64,000 bases of DNA, taken from the NCBI GenBank assembly GCA_028023455.1, contig JAQFVV010000006.1:310001-374000 (forward strand), in the 5' to 3' direction. The number at the start of each line of letters is the position of its first letter. The stretch's first letter is position 1. Below the pieces are notes generated by a model. The model saw nothing but the letters and a program-made list of their open reading frames with translations, had not been told where the DNA came from and made no database searches. The DNA is from Epiperipatus broadwayi (taxonomy: Eukaryota > Animalia > Onychophora). Below, piece after piece: positions 50,263 through 61,480 of this stretch. Both the position numbers and the translations under genes were made by a program.

Positions 50263-53200
50263 GTTATTTGTCTTTTATTGTATTTTTATTTATATGAAAT
50301 AAAAAAGAATGGAGAAATATAGAAGTTGTCTATTTTTACTATTTTCCTAAGAACCTGTTTTTAATGTTATAAATATTTTTTTTAGAAGTTGCATTTAAGA
50401 CAAGTATTCATACTAAAGTAAGTCTTATGATTGGCCTGTCATTTATTCAAAAATGCAAGTGATGATTAACCTTTTATTCCAGCTTTATAAATAAATAAAT
50501 AATCAAATGCCTTTATTGCCCGGAAGTTCGTAAGTTTGAGTGTTCAAAGTGTCAGAAATGAAATTGATATGAAGATATCTAACTCTATCACTGCACATGC
50601 AGGGCATTCCAATTTTATCGTGATTGAAGCAGTCGGAAAGATTTGACAATGTGTTTGTGCGATAATGTTTTCCGTTTTTTTTTTATTAGAGAATAGTTTT
50701 TGTATGCCATTTGGTGCTGAAAACTAAAGTTATTTTGATTTTGATATTTTATAGGAAAAAAAAAAAAAAATCAAAGAAAATTAGAATAAAATTGCTAATA
50801 ATTAACATAATAATTTTTCATCATCGCATTTATTTACCACAATTGAAAATAACAAATAAAAATTTTATTACGACTATTTGTGTGTTTCAATTTTTTCTCG
50901 TCCAATTTTTATTTTCGTAAATTGAGAGCATTCATTTTTTTTTTATTATTATAAATGTTAATTTAATTTACACGTACATATGTCGTTCAATGTATCCTTT
51001 TCATTTTTGTTTGAATAAATTGTCCAAAATGTTTCTAACATTAGCGAAAGAAAAGGTTTATTATATTTATTTATTTTTTAAGTGCAATTGAGCAGGTTTT
51101 TGAATTGGAAAACCAGATTCATAGCACTCATGGATTGGCTAGGTATGCTGGGTATTTATTGACGAGTTACTAGTTATTTAAATTAGATATTTAAATATTC
51201 CACCTGCTTGAAAGTTGGATACTATCAAATTAAGATTTTAACAGATTTTTCATACAGTTTGGTTGATCAGTTTGCTTTCTAGTTTTTAAATCTTAAACAA
51301 TCCTCCCTCTTATTGTAAAAGATTGTAGCTTTTTACATATTTTTTCTACAGATTTTTAAAGAAGCATATCTATTGTATAAAAATAAAATTACTTATATAT
51401 GTACATTTTTAGAAATTACAATCAATGCTGTCCATTGTGGTTTAATGCAGTGGTAGACTGGTAGATTCAATAGTTTAAAGTCGCAGCCCAAACTTTATGA
51501 CTTCCAGTGATTGAACTTTTTTTGTTAACTCCCAAACATTAAATGATTTATTTATTTTTTTGCCCTGCATTGTTTTATTAATTTAATACAATAGTGTAAT
51601 GGTAGACATTGGAATGGACCAATCAGGGCTCTACTTCTTATGAATTTTCGAGCAATAAACATTCAGTGGATTGTTTGTGTTGTGCGTGGTTTAGCAGGTT
51701 CATGGGCTACCGCTCTCACTCTGTTACTTCTAGCATTCACGCTTCTTATGAACTATTGATTAATAACTTTACATTGTTTCAAAATATTCCTAACTACAAG
51801 ATCTTAACATTGACTCATTGTATTTTGAAAGATTTCGCGAACGTTAGTGTTTAATAGAAATTTTGGACTTAATTAGTGAAGGGTTTAACAGCTTCACACT
51901 CTCAAATCAAAATGCCTTAGATTCGTCTATATAATTAGAAAGTAGCCTTAGATTTGTCTATATAATTAGAAAGTAGGTTGAAGATAAGAGTGGCCACTCT
52001 TATCTTTATAAAGTCATAATCTTGTGTGAAGATTTGTAGAGATCCCTCTAGTGGCAAATTGAACACTCAAGCACATAGTATTAAGGTTATAGCCTTAAAT
52101 ATATATATAAATCATTTTATATTTTTTAATACTCATTCTTATATCTTAAACATGTGATTGCAGACACGGATTACATTTGAAAGTTATCAACCATTTATTA
52201 TTCATGTTTGATAATTATGCAAGGAGAGAATTTGAAGTCATAAAATTTATTTTCTAGAAAATTACTTACATCAATGCTATATGAGTATTTTTGCATTATC
52301 AGTTTCTTTATTTTTATGTGATTTTATGTATCTTACTCTTATGTGTCTGTCCAAGAAATGATCTATTTTTAAATTTACAATCTAATTAACATTTGGCATA
52401 TGAAGAATTCCTGACGACAGTACATTTTTTTAAAAGTTTGCAAAAATTTTAGCAAAACAGTATCGAAAAAGTGTAAAGTTTTTAATTTTATGTCGGATGC
52501 AGTACACTTTATGTACAAATAAAGAGTTTTGCTAAAAAGTATTCGAAGTGGTTTGGATAAATTGTATATACTACGGTATTGACATCTAGTGTTTTTAAAT
52601 TGTTTTTAAACTTTCTTATAAACTAAAAAATAGAAAATAAAAAATTAAAGAAATATTTTATTCGCATAAATGCATTAAAAAGTAAAAAAATAAATTTTCT
52701 TCAGCTCTCATCATATTCTTGATATTATCTTTCAAAACAACCTTTATTCGTACCTCAGAGACAAGCGCCAAGAGGTATAAGTTTACAAATACAAAGTGGT
52801 AATCGTGTTATTTGTTGATACAAATCTTGTGATTCCCACTGTGCGGTGACCACCTTTGTCCACCCGCCCATCAGAACCTTCAAGGATACGATTCGTTACA
52901 TATTATATTCAAACGTACAAATTTAAACTGTTGATTGGTGTATAATTATTCCTATGAGTCAAGATGTGCAGTGACTATTTTGTTTGCCTGCCCGTCTCGA
53001 CCATCACAAATATAATTCAATATATATTAATCAATCAACACACTTAGATTATCCAATTTAAAATTTCCATTTCAAATGGTTACTCAATCAAAGTTACATG
53101 AAGATTTTGTTTCTGGTCAATTGCAGTCTACTAGGAGCAGACCATGTTATGTTTTATTTACTCCTGGTTTTAGTTCTGGAGTTCAATATGGAACCCCCTA

Positions 53201-53389
53201 AAGGGGAGTTATGACCATCTCTTGATTCAGGTATTCCTTGCCTTTCCTCAATCTGATCCAACTTGTTTTGTTCTTTAATTTCTTTGTTTTTTGTCTAGTC
53301 GGTTTTTACCTTATAATTCAGTGGGCATTTTTCAACTGTTCTGAATCATCCTGACATTTTCGCTGGTTCATATTGCTTTTAAGGTGAGC

Positions 53390-53850
53390 TTAAATAGTCC
53401 ATGCCTTTTTCAAATATTTTGTTTTGCGCCGACCAGATGGCGAAATTGACATGTGTTGCCAGTCTGATCGAGCCAAACGATCCTTTTTTGATTGCCTTTA
53501 CCATATCGACACTAGCCCCATCTTTGTCTCTGATCTTTTGCAGGGTGAGAGATCGTAATTTATTCCAAATTTCGCAGTCCTGAAAAATGTGTGCAATTGT
53601 CTCTTCTGTTTTTTTCCACAGCGGACAAATTGGATCAATTCTATATCTTCACTTGTGGTGAAGGAATGCTGAGGTGGGTAGGGCCCCCAGGTTAATTTTA
53701 ATTACGAAGTCTACTAGCTTAACTTCTAGTTTCCAATACTTTGTCAACCCCTCAAGCCGCGTAATTCCAAGCTGGAATCTTGTCTTGACATTGGAACTGT
53801 GTCATTAGTTAGACCATAAATGTCCCAATATATTCTTGATATTGTAAGAT
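53390..53850 (-). mobile_element. Non-LTR retrotransposon C-terminal (zf-RVT, L1/Tx1-like) fragment
   Basis: Minus strand reads KINLGALPTSAFLHHK*RYRIDPICPLWKKTEETIAHIFQDCEIW, matching the LPT..L....CPxC...ET..H.F..C motif. Confidence 0.7.
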
Positions 53851-54371
53851 TAAAATAAAAGGGTACAGTGCTTGCGTTTAGAAATATTTGCAGACTATTT
53901 CTAAACATAAGTGTCACATTCTTTTATTTTGTTTGCATAATATCATTAATACTGTGAAAAGTGAAGAAAAGTATTTTTTACTTAATAGTGCCCTAAAAGT
54001 GTCTCTTTGTATATATATATATATATATTAGTAGTAGTATTAATTTTCTTTGTCATATTAATAACATTTCTCCAGATTGATTTATTGGCTCAAGTCTTTT
54101 ATTGTGATGATGGTCTGAGTCTCTTTTACCATCTAATTTTCTAATGAATTAGATTATCTTATAATGTAACTATGGTTTCACAATTCAGTTTTGTCATTTG
54201 ATTTTGAAATGAAATTTAAGTATGATTTGATATCCACAGGTTTGTTTGTTTTTCATGTAATGTTATTCCCAACAGTTTTCCAGTTCATATGCAACATTAC
54301 TTTTTTCTTGAATATTCATCTACAGTTAGTAAATTTTGATCTTTATTTTTAAAGATATTTTTTACATCTAT

Positions 54372-54909
54372 GACATGTGATGTGATGTATTTAGCTTCTC
54401 CTTAAACGAAGTCAAGAATATCTCAGCAACTATGCCCAGATAAACCTGTTAGCCACTTTATTTTCCATTCCCCACTCTAAGTCTTCCGATATTCTGCCCC
54501 ATCCCATTTCCACAACATAATCTTTGTCAATTCTATGGCCTTTAAATCTAAATCCCCCTTATCTTTTCGCAAACCCAGCATAAAAACTACTAACTCACTT
54601 TCTGTATTGTCACTTTGTTGATACCTATTCTCCCATAACTTCATTATCTGTACCCTTTCTGCTTTCAAGCATTTACATTCAATCAACAGATGCCTAATAT
54701 TTTCTATACCTTCCTACACAATTTGCAGGCTAAATCACCCATAGCTCTCCACCATAGTGACATCTAGCATGATTTTAAGTAATTATTGGTTACTCAAGCT
54801 AATGCTAGATGGCGCTGCTGTGGAATGCTAACAAGTTTTTCTTGGTATATTTGCTGAGAAATTCTTGACTTCATTTAAGGAGTAGCTTCAGTACATCACA
54901 TCACATGTC
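54372..54909. mobile_element. LINE family B copy 3 (minus), stem-loop module, and inverted short family B 3' end (plus)
   Basis: 54372-54745 aligns to 25060-25430; module at 54755-54817; 54827-54909 is the reverse complement of 54372-54454 including the catcacatcac tail. Confidence 0.8.
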
Positions 54910-55194
54910 TTAACATTAGAGAGTTTGATGTTTTGTTATTATATGTTGTGTCCCTTTCATCATATTCTTTATTTTCAAAAAAGCAATTTATTTTGTAACT
55001 GACTCAAACAGATCTCTGACGTTACAATAAAAATAATTAAGATATTTTTTTTATCATCACAAGAAACAGAATTTTAACTTTTCTTCATTGATTGCCTGGT
55101 AGTAATAATATACAGATTATTATAGAATATAATTTATCGAGTGTTTTTGAGTGTTGCTGAGATTAGTGCCAGATAATATGGAAATTGAATTAGT

Positions 55195-55300
55195 GGCCAT
55201 TTAGATTTTTGAATATTGAATTTTAAATGATACTCTAGTCATCTAAGCTATTCTGACAAAGGCAACAATGTGTAGAAGTTTTTATATATTTATTTATGAA
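55195..55300 (-). repeat. Partial third copy of the tRNA-head composite repeat
   Basis: ttagatttttgaatattgaattttaaatgatactctagtcatctaagctattctgacaaaggcaacaatgtgtag aligns to 27440-27520. Confidence 0.55.
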
Positions 55301-55789
55301 ATCCTTCTGATTTTTTAATTTTTTTAGTTTTTTTAAAGGGCAAGATTAAAAGATATTTTTCACATGTAGTAGGTTGACTTATGGAATTAAATGCCATTGA
55401 ATATAAGCAGCTTTTTATTTTTTCCTCTCTGTCCAATATTCTTACATTTTCTCACTCAAACATATGATTATTAATATACATATGATTTGCTAGTTGTGCC
55501 AAATCTATCCTTTTCTTTCTAATCATCTTTTAATTTGACTTTCAATATTGTGATTACTTTCATCATGTAAGTGCTTATTTAAATTTTTATTATTATTATT
55601 TCTTCTCTGTCCAGTAGTATGCTTTTGATTTTCAAATCAATATGTTCATTGAATCTTACACAGTCTATTATAAACAGATCTGCCTTTTTTTATCTCTCAT
55701 TATTAGTTTTTTGTTTGTTTATATGTTTGTTTGTTTTTTAATGAGATAACTATTTCCATAATATATGTACTTCCACCTTAGATTCTTCA

Positions 55790-55995
55790 ACTCTTTTAAT
55801 AATACCTCTCTGGACATCTCCATTGTAAGGTATCTAAGATCGATAATATTTCTTCCACCAATCCTGAATTCTCATATGCTTGCATCCTTCCTGATTTCCA
55901 ACATAACTTATTCAGTATGGAAGTTGAAATAGGTAAGAATGATGTTACACAGTCCTGTCTAACTTTTTTGCCGATATGAAACGAGCATCTCACTA
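55790..55995 (-). mobile_element. Decayed RTE RT fragment
   Basis: FHIGKKVRQDCVTSFLP resembles F.I.KGVRQGCILSP; followed by a region like G..IGGRNI..LRYADD. Confidence 0.55.
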
Positions 55996-57549
55996 CAGTA
56001 TGTTTTGACCGTAATTTTTAATCTCACTGTGGAAATTTTTCCTAAAAATAATGACATGCTGTGATATATCCATTTTTCTAATAATAAGCCGTGATTTTCC
56101 ATGATACATTGTCTAAAATATCTTGTTATAATCAATAAATGTGTGTTGGCTTTCTCTAGGCTTTTTGATTACCCTTTCTTTCATGGCAATCATGTCCAAA
56201 TCTTCCTTTGTTTCTATAACCTAAGGATTGCTCTTGCACATGACCATCATAAACCATTTTCAGAATTTAAATTTAGTATTCTGATAGAGCTTTATTGGTA
56301 TCCAACTTTTAACATTTGATTGTATTTCTTTTTGTTTATTTTTAATTTTATAATTGTGGCAGCCATATTTTTATTGTAAGTAAATCTTGTTCTTAAAATA
56401 AAACATGAAATATTTGCTTGTAAGTGGCTATTAATTACTATTATTAGAAGTCACTAAGTTGATATCAACTCATGGTTGTCATATGAATAACATTTTTTTC
56501 AGAATAATCTATCATCTGTTTGATTTTTAAGGCTCTTCAAAGGTGCATTCGTGATTGGAACAGTGGCATCCATTTCCTGTTCATCTTCCTTTCATCACCA
56601 ATCTTTTTATGCATTATTATAGCTTATATCATCCCCTGACATAATTAGACTTGGATAATTTCAATCTAATCATTTGTATAAGTAAGGTTTAATATATAAT
56701 CTGATGAAATATTTACATGTTCATTTTATTTGCTAGCAACATAATTCAAAAGCAACAATACTTTTTCTATTTCCTTTCAGTGTGCAACTTTACTATTAAT
56801 TATGCAAATAATTTAGTAAACTGAAAATATTGTTGGATAAGTAAAAATATCCATTAAATAATACCACAGAAAAGAAGAAACTCTGCCCTTATTTTCTCCA
56901 TGAATATATTAATCTTGCAAGCTGGAAAGACATTATCAATATGTAGATAAATATTACCATTCAGGCCCTTCTTACAAGCTTTATTAGCTCCACACACACA
57001 CACAGAGCTTTTACTTGTGCACTATACACCTATGGTAGACTACGTGTATCTTTGCATTCATAATCACCAAGTTTGTCCAAACATTGTGATGAACAAGCTG
57101 AAACAACAAACTCGGATAAAAAGATCACTGTGTGGCCATCTTAGTATTCCCGAAACAAAAATTTAACTTATAGATGAACATTAATACAAAACATAAAAAT
57201 TCATTGGCTGATCAAGACTTGTGTTCATAAACAAGAAAACTCACAATTGGGGATCCTTTACAATATAACGACAAAAAATGAACTAAGTTTGGGAAATACA
57301 TGATGCAGACAACATAATATGAAGAATCACAACAACCTACAACTTTCCTTTTATTCTCCCATTTACATATGCGTGTGAAAAATGGAATGAAGGTAAACTA
57401 AAATAAATATAGGCCTTTTGAAATTAAATAGTAAAAATTTTTTTATTATAAGTATTTTTTTTATGAATATAAACAAATAATACTAATTCTTCTATGCACT
57501 TTACACAATGCAGATACAATATTTTATTATTACAAACTTCTAAAAAGTA

Positions 57550-57587
57550 GCTGACAGTTTCGACTATCTAATTGCCCTCTTCAAAAC
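57550..57587 (-). ncRNA. Decayed hammerhead-like motif
   Basis: Reverse complement: tTGAAGA gggcaattagatagtc GAAA ctg TC agc (C3 mutated to U). Confidence 0.4.
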
Positions 57588-57673
57588 TATAACATACAAA
57601 AATCTAAATACCTTTTATTTTTAAATTTTATTGTTATTAAAGAAATTGTACTTCTTGTCTTTTTTTTAAATAG

Positions 57674-57749
57674 ATCCAAAGATGAAGAAATTGAATTGGT
57701 TAGTTTACAAGAATTTTATAATTCAGCCCCACCACAAATTTCTAAAAAA
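57674..57749 (+). CDS. THOC5: THO complex subunit 5, coding exon 5
   Basis: atag|A TCC...AAA|gtgagt, 76 nt, completes the phase-2 codon: SKDEEIELVSLQEFYNSAPPQISKK. Confidence 0.95.
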
Positions 57750-57832
57750 GTGAGTGATATTTTAATCTTAATATTTTTATGAACTATTCCCCCCCTCCCC
57801 CATTTTGATTGTGATTTTCTGCTTGTTTTTAG

Positions 57833-57903
57833 GAAATTACTCTTAATGATGTACATGAGCAAACACTTGCTCGTTTAGACTGGGAATTGGAACAAAGGAA
57901 AAG
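57833..57903 (+). CDS. THOC5: THO complex subunit 5, coding exon 6
   Basis: tttag|GAA...AG|gtaaac, 71 nt, after an 83-nt intron: EITLNDVHEQTLARLDWELEQRK(R). Confidence 0.96.
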
Positions 57904-58695
57904 GTAAACTTTTCAAATTATAATAAGATTTAATTAGATACATGATCGTTTGGAGGCACCACCTATTTGAACAGTAAAACACATCAACATCACAAATTAA
58001 TTTAAATTTAGTAATACAATATTTATATATAGGCAATTCTCACCATATGTTGTTAATGGATTTCACAAAATTTTAATAATGCATAAATTGAAAAAATTCT
58101 AAGCCTTTACACCCTTTTTTTAATTTAATGTTCATATTTACAGAACGTTATTGTGTGTTTTTTGTATAAAGTATATTTTTTTTGAAATATCTTATTTTAG
58201 AAGTATTTAATGTTAATGAATATTCTTCAGTTTTAACAATTTTGTGATTAATAGTTTAATTTATTGATAGTTTTTTTTTTTTACTTTGAAGTTGGATTCT
58301 TGTTTATATCTGAACAGTATAGTTAAGATGTCTTATGATATATATCTGTAAGCATGTTATAATCTAATAAAATCATTCAATTAAATCTATTAAACTTTTT
58401 TTTTTTTGTATTGTATATAAAATCTTTTAAAAACTTTGTATTTTACTTTTTTTAAAATTTGATTCAGACTTTTTTAATATAATTATTATTCATAAAAAAT
58501 TGATTTTCTTTAATTAAAAACCTTTATTTTGTTTCTGTGATTTAAATAGTAACATATGAATAATAATTATTTTATCCAATCTTTTGACCACTTTATTGGC
58601 AGTTTTTAAGGGTGTATCTTTTTAATTTACATATTTTCAGTCCTAATATATTTACATATGTCTGAAAATTGGAAAATATATATATATATTACTAA

Positions 58696-59231
58696 CTGTC
58701 ATATCTCACCTTGCCTCCAAATAATAGACTAGTCCAGATTCCTTATTATCTCAATCAGATTGAGCATTCATTGTTGCTAACCAATGCGTATATAAAGAGA
58801 TAATGCATCGCCAATGGCATGAATTGGCAATAGGCAATGATGCTCACTAAATCCGAATGTTTCCATTAAGGTTGAGGATATGGCAATAAATAGTTAGTCT
58901 TTTTGAAAGTGTGGTCAAAAAACTATTGTTAAACTGAACAATGTCAAGTACAGCCGGAAGTGTCACAGTACCTACTCAAAGGCAGCTCACAAGTTACAGC
59001 TGGAAGTGATAGAGAAATCTATAAGGGCACGTACAGTCCCTTCTTCCACAGTTCACACTAGAACTGGGAGCTATACTTTGCCAAACAACAGCAAGCAGAT
59101 ATAGCCATTGTAAATAGAGAGTAAAATACGATTGTATATTTGTATTCATGTTTCACTAATAAATATATATTATAAAATGTATTTATACATGTTTGTATTT
59201 ATATATAATCCAGACTAAACACAACCCTAAC
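58696..59231. mobile_element. Candidate solo LTR
   Basis: 536 bp bounded by tgtca...taaca; GC-richer than flanks, with TATA-like tatataaa near 58790 and aataaa near 59158. No clear TSD. Confidence 0.4.
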
Positions 59232-59306
59232 ATTATCAGTCTATCAAAAAATTTTAAATTGTTTCATTTAGAGTTGTATAGAAATTGTTTAAAGTTTAAT
59301 TTAAAA

Positions 59307-59346
59307 GAGCTCTGATGATGGCTTCTGGATGGTTGAAACTATAAGC
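59307..59346 (+). ncRNA. Hammerhead-like motif, decayed stems II and III
   Basis: gct CTGATGA tggcttctggatggtt GAAA cta TA agc; 3-bp stem I gct/agc. Confidence 0.4.
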
Positions 59347-60767
59347 AAGAAAGAATAAATTCTATTTTACATTATACATTGCATTGTAAAGAATTCAATT
59401 AAGGATTATATGGTATTTTATATATATATAAATCAATGTATAATAGGATAAGAAGTGAAAAGAAATTATATAAATCTATTAAATATGAATATTAATAATA
59501 TAAAAATATATCTGTCATAAATTTTTGTTTGAATTACCCTTCACTATCTTTTGTTTTTATTCGATATATAAACTAGGATGCTTTACTTTATACTTTTATT
59601 ATATACAATGAACAGAAGATAATAATACGTCATATACAAATTTATTGCAAACACCCATTTTGTCTTGAATCAGAGTGAATCATAGTAAAAGAGAAATAAC
59701 ATAATATAAGTTTTCAGGAACTGAAGAAAGATGCAAAAAGTACCCATATGGCAAATTTGACCATTCATTTATAATAAAATAAAATAAAAATTCTGCAGGG
59801 TTTATTAATAGAATGGCCCCGACTGGAGCTTAGGTAAGATCCATGAATCATAACTCAGTTTTGAATCACTAGCAATAAACCTTGTGATTTATCTATTTAT
59901 AGGTGAGAAATGACTACAACTATTAGTAATTCACATTAAATTTCTAGTTAGTATTGTTTCTAAATTCAGAATATTAAAAAAGGAATTTTCTGAGATGAAA
60001 TTACAATCAAATATATTTTAGTGATGAACAGTCCTAAAATTAGCATTACTGGAATTACAGAAATGAAATTGCCACTAGTACAAACCCAGTACTCTTAGAA
60101 TCATTTCTGCTTAATTGTTTATTAGATTTAAGTTCGAGCACCGGAAATATCAGAACTCTAGAATCTGATATTGTATTACTGTACTAGACCATGTCGTGTC
60201 TCACAAAATAATTGAATGATGAGAATGAAATGAAATTACATTCGGATGCTATAGTGATCTCCATTTAATCATTTATTAGATATAATTGATTAATAATAGA
60301 TCAACTTGGTTCAGTCCTATATTTAATTCTATAAAGGTAAGTAACATCATACTGCTTTTGAATAATAATGCATTATTATTACATGAAAAATCGCAGGAGT
60401 TTCTGTTTATATTTGTCATGTGCCGTGCAAGGTTTAACATAGTTGTAAGAGTCGTAATCTTTTCGGCCACTTTTCTGCTGAAGAAATTGGAAAAAATATC
60501 ACATAGGTTTAAATTGAATTGCTATACTCAGCAGCTTACTTTGGCACTTTGACATCATTCAATCTCCTATGCAATTGATTCTTACGTTATATTTATTTAT
60601 AAATGTTTAAGAAGAAATTGCTAATCATGATTAGTAGTATATGTATGTGATAAGAGATTCATAACCATATCATTTAGTCCTATTTGTGTTTCTTATTATA
60701 TAATTTCTTGCTTGTGCTTTAAATAATAAAATGGCGCTCTTTATAAAGTTTACGTAAATACTTTCAG

Positions 60768-60882
60768 GCTTGCGGAGCAGTGCGAAGTAGCTCTGGCGAA
60801 TAAAGATGTTTTAATGGAAGAAATAAAAAAGCAGCAAGAGCATCTGGATAATCTACAACCTTGGCTTAATAATATATTACAT
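60768..60882 (+). CDS. THOC5: THO complex subunit 5, coding exon 7
   Basis: ttcag|G CTT...CAT|gtaagt, 115 nt: LAEQCEVALANKDVLMEEIKKQQEHLDNLQPWLNNILH; phase consistent with both neighbours. Confidence 0.93.
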
Positions 60883-60897
60883 GTAAGTATCTATATA

Positions 60898-61480
60898 CAC
60901 AGGCAAACCTCTCCATATAGTAGCGCCACTTAGTGCAAACCAGTGTATTCAATGGATGTAGGAAGATTTGTGCATAAAATTCCTATCTAGTGCCTACTCA
61001 TCCAATATACTCTGACTAGTTTCTAGCTTTTGGCTTTCATCAGTGAGGAGCCTTGGATCTGAGAGCACTGCACCTGGATCTTAGAATCTATTGCAACCTT
61101 CCAGAAGAAGCTACCTTTTACCTTATTAGCTAACTATAAAGCTTTGAGTCAGAATGAAAACACAATGTTTTCAAGCTAACCTCATAGTCAGAATGAAAAC
61201 ACAATGTTTTCAAGCTAACCTCATTAGCTTATATGGTCGTATAGATCTGAACTCAGTTCAGCATTCATACTTTTTGGTGTCTTTGGCTCTTTAATATCAT
61301 TAGTCACCGTAATCCTATTGGGCTCCTCACTGATGAAAGCCAAAAGCTAGAAACTAGTCTGGGGATATTGGACGAATAGGCGCTAGATAGGGATTTTATG
61401 CACAAACGTTCCTGTGTCCATTGATTACTCTGGCTTGCACTGAATGGTGCTACTATATGAAGAGTTTTACTTGTGTGTAA
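60898..61480. mobile_element. Family A element with ~150-bp inverted terminal copies, each carrying a hammerhead-like motif
   Basis: 60898-61050 and 61322-61480 are inverted repeats; motifs at 61009-61048 (-) and 61325-61364 (+: cctca CTGATGA aagc caaaa gcta GAAA ctag TC tgggg). Internal 39-bp tandem duplication at ~61147-61224. Confidence 0.85.

Noticed and set aside
51520-51890. piggyBac-like ends (ttaactccc / aagggtttaa)
   Set aside because: The TIR match is too short and imperfect, and there is no transposase remnant.
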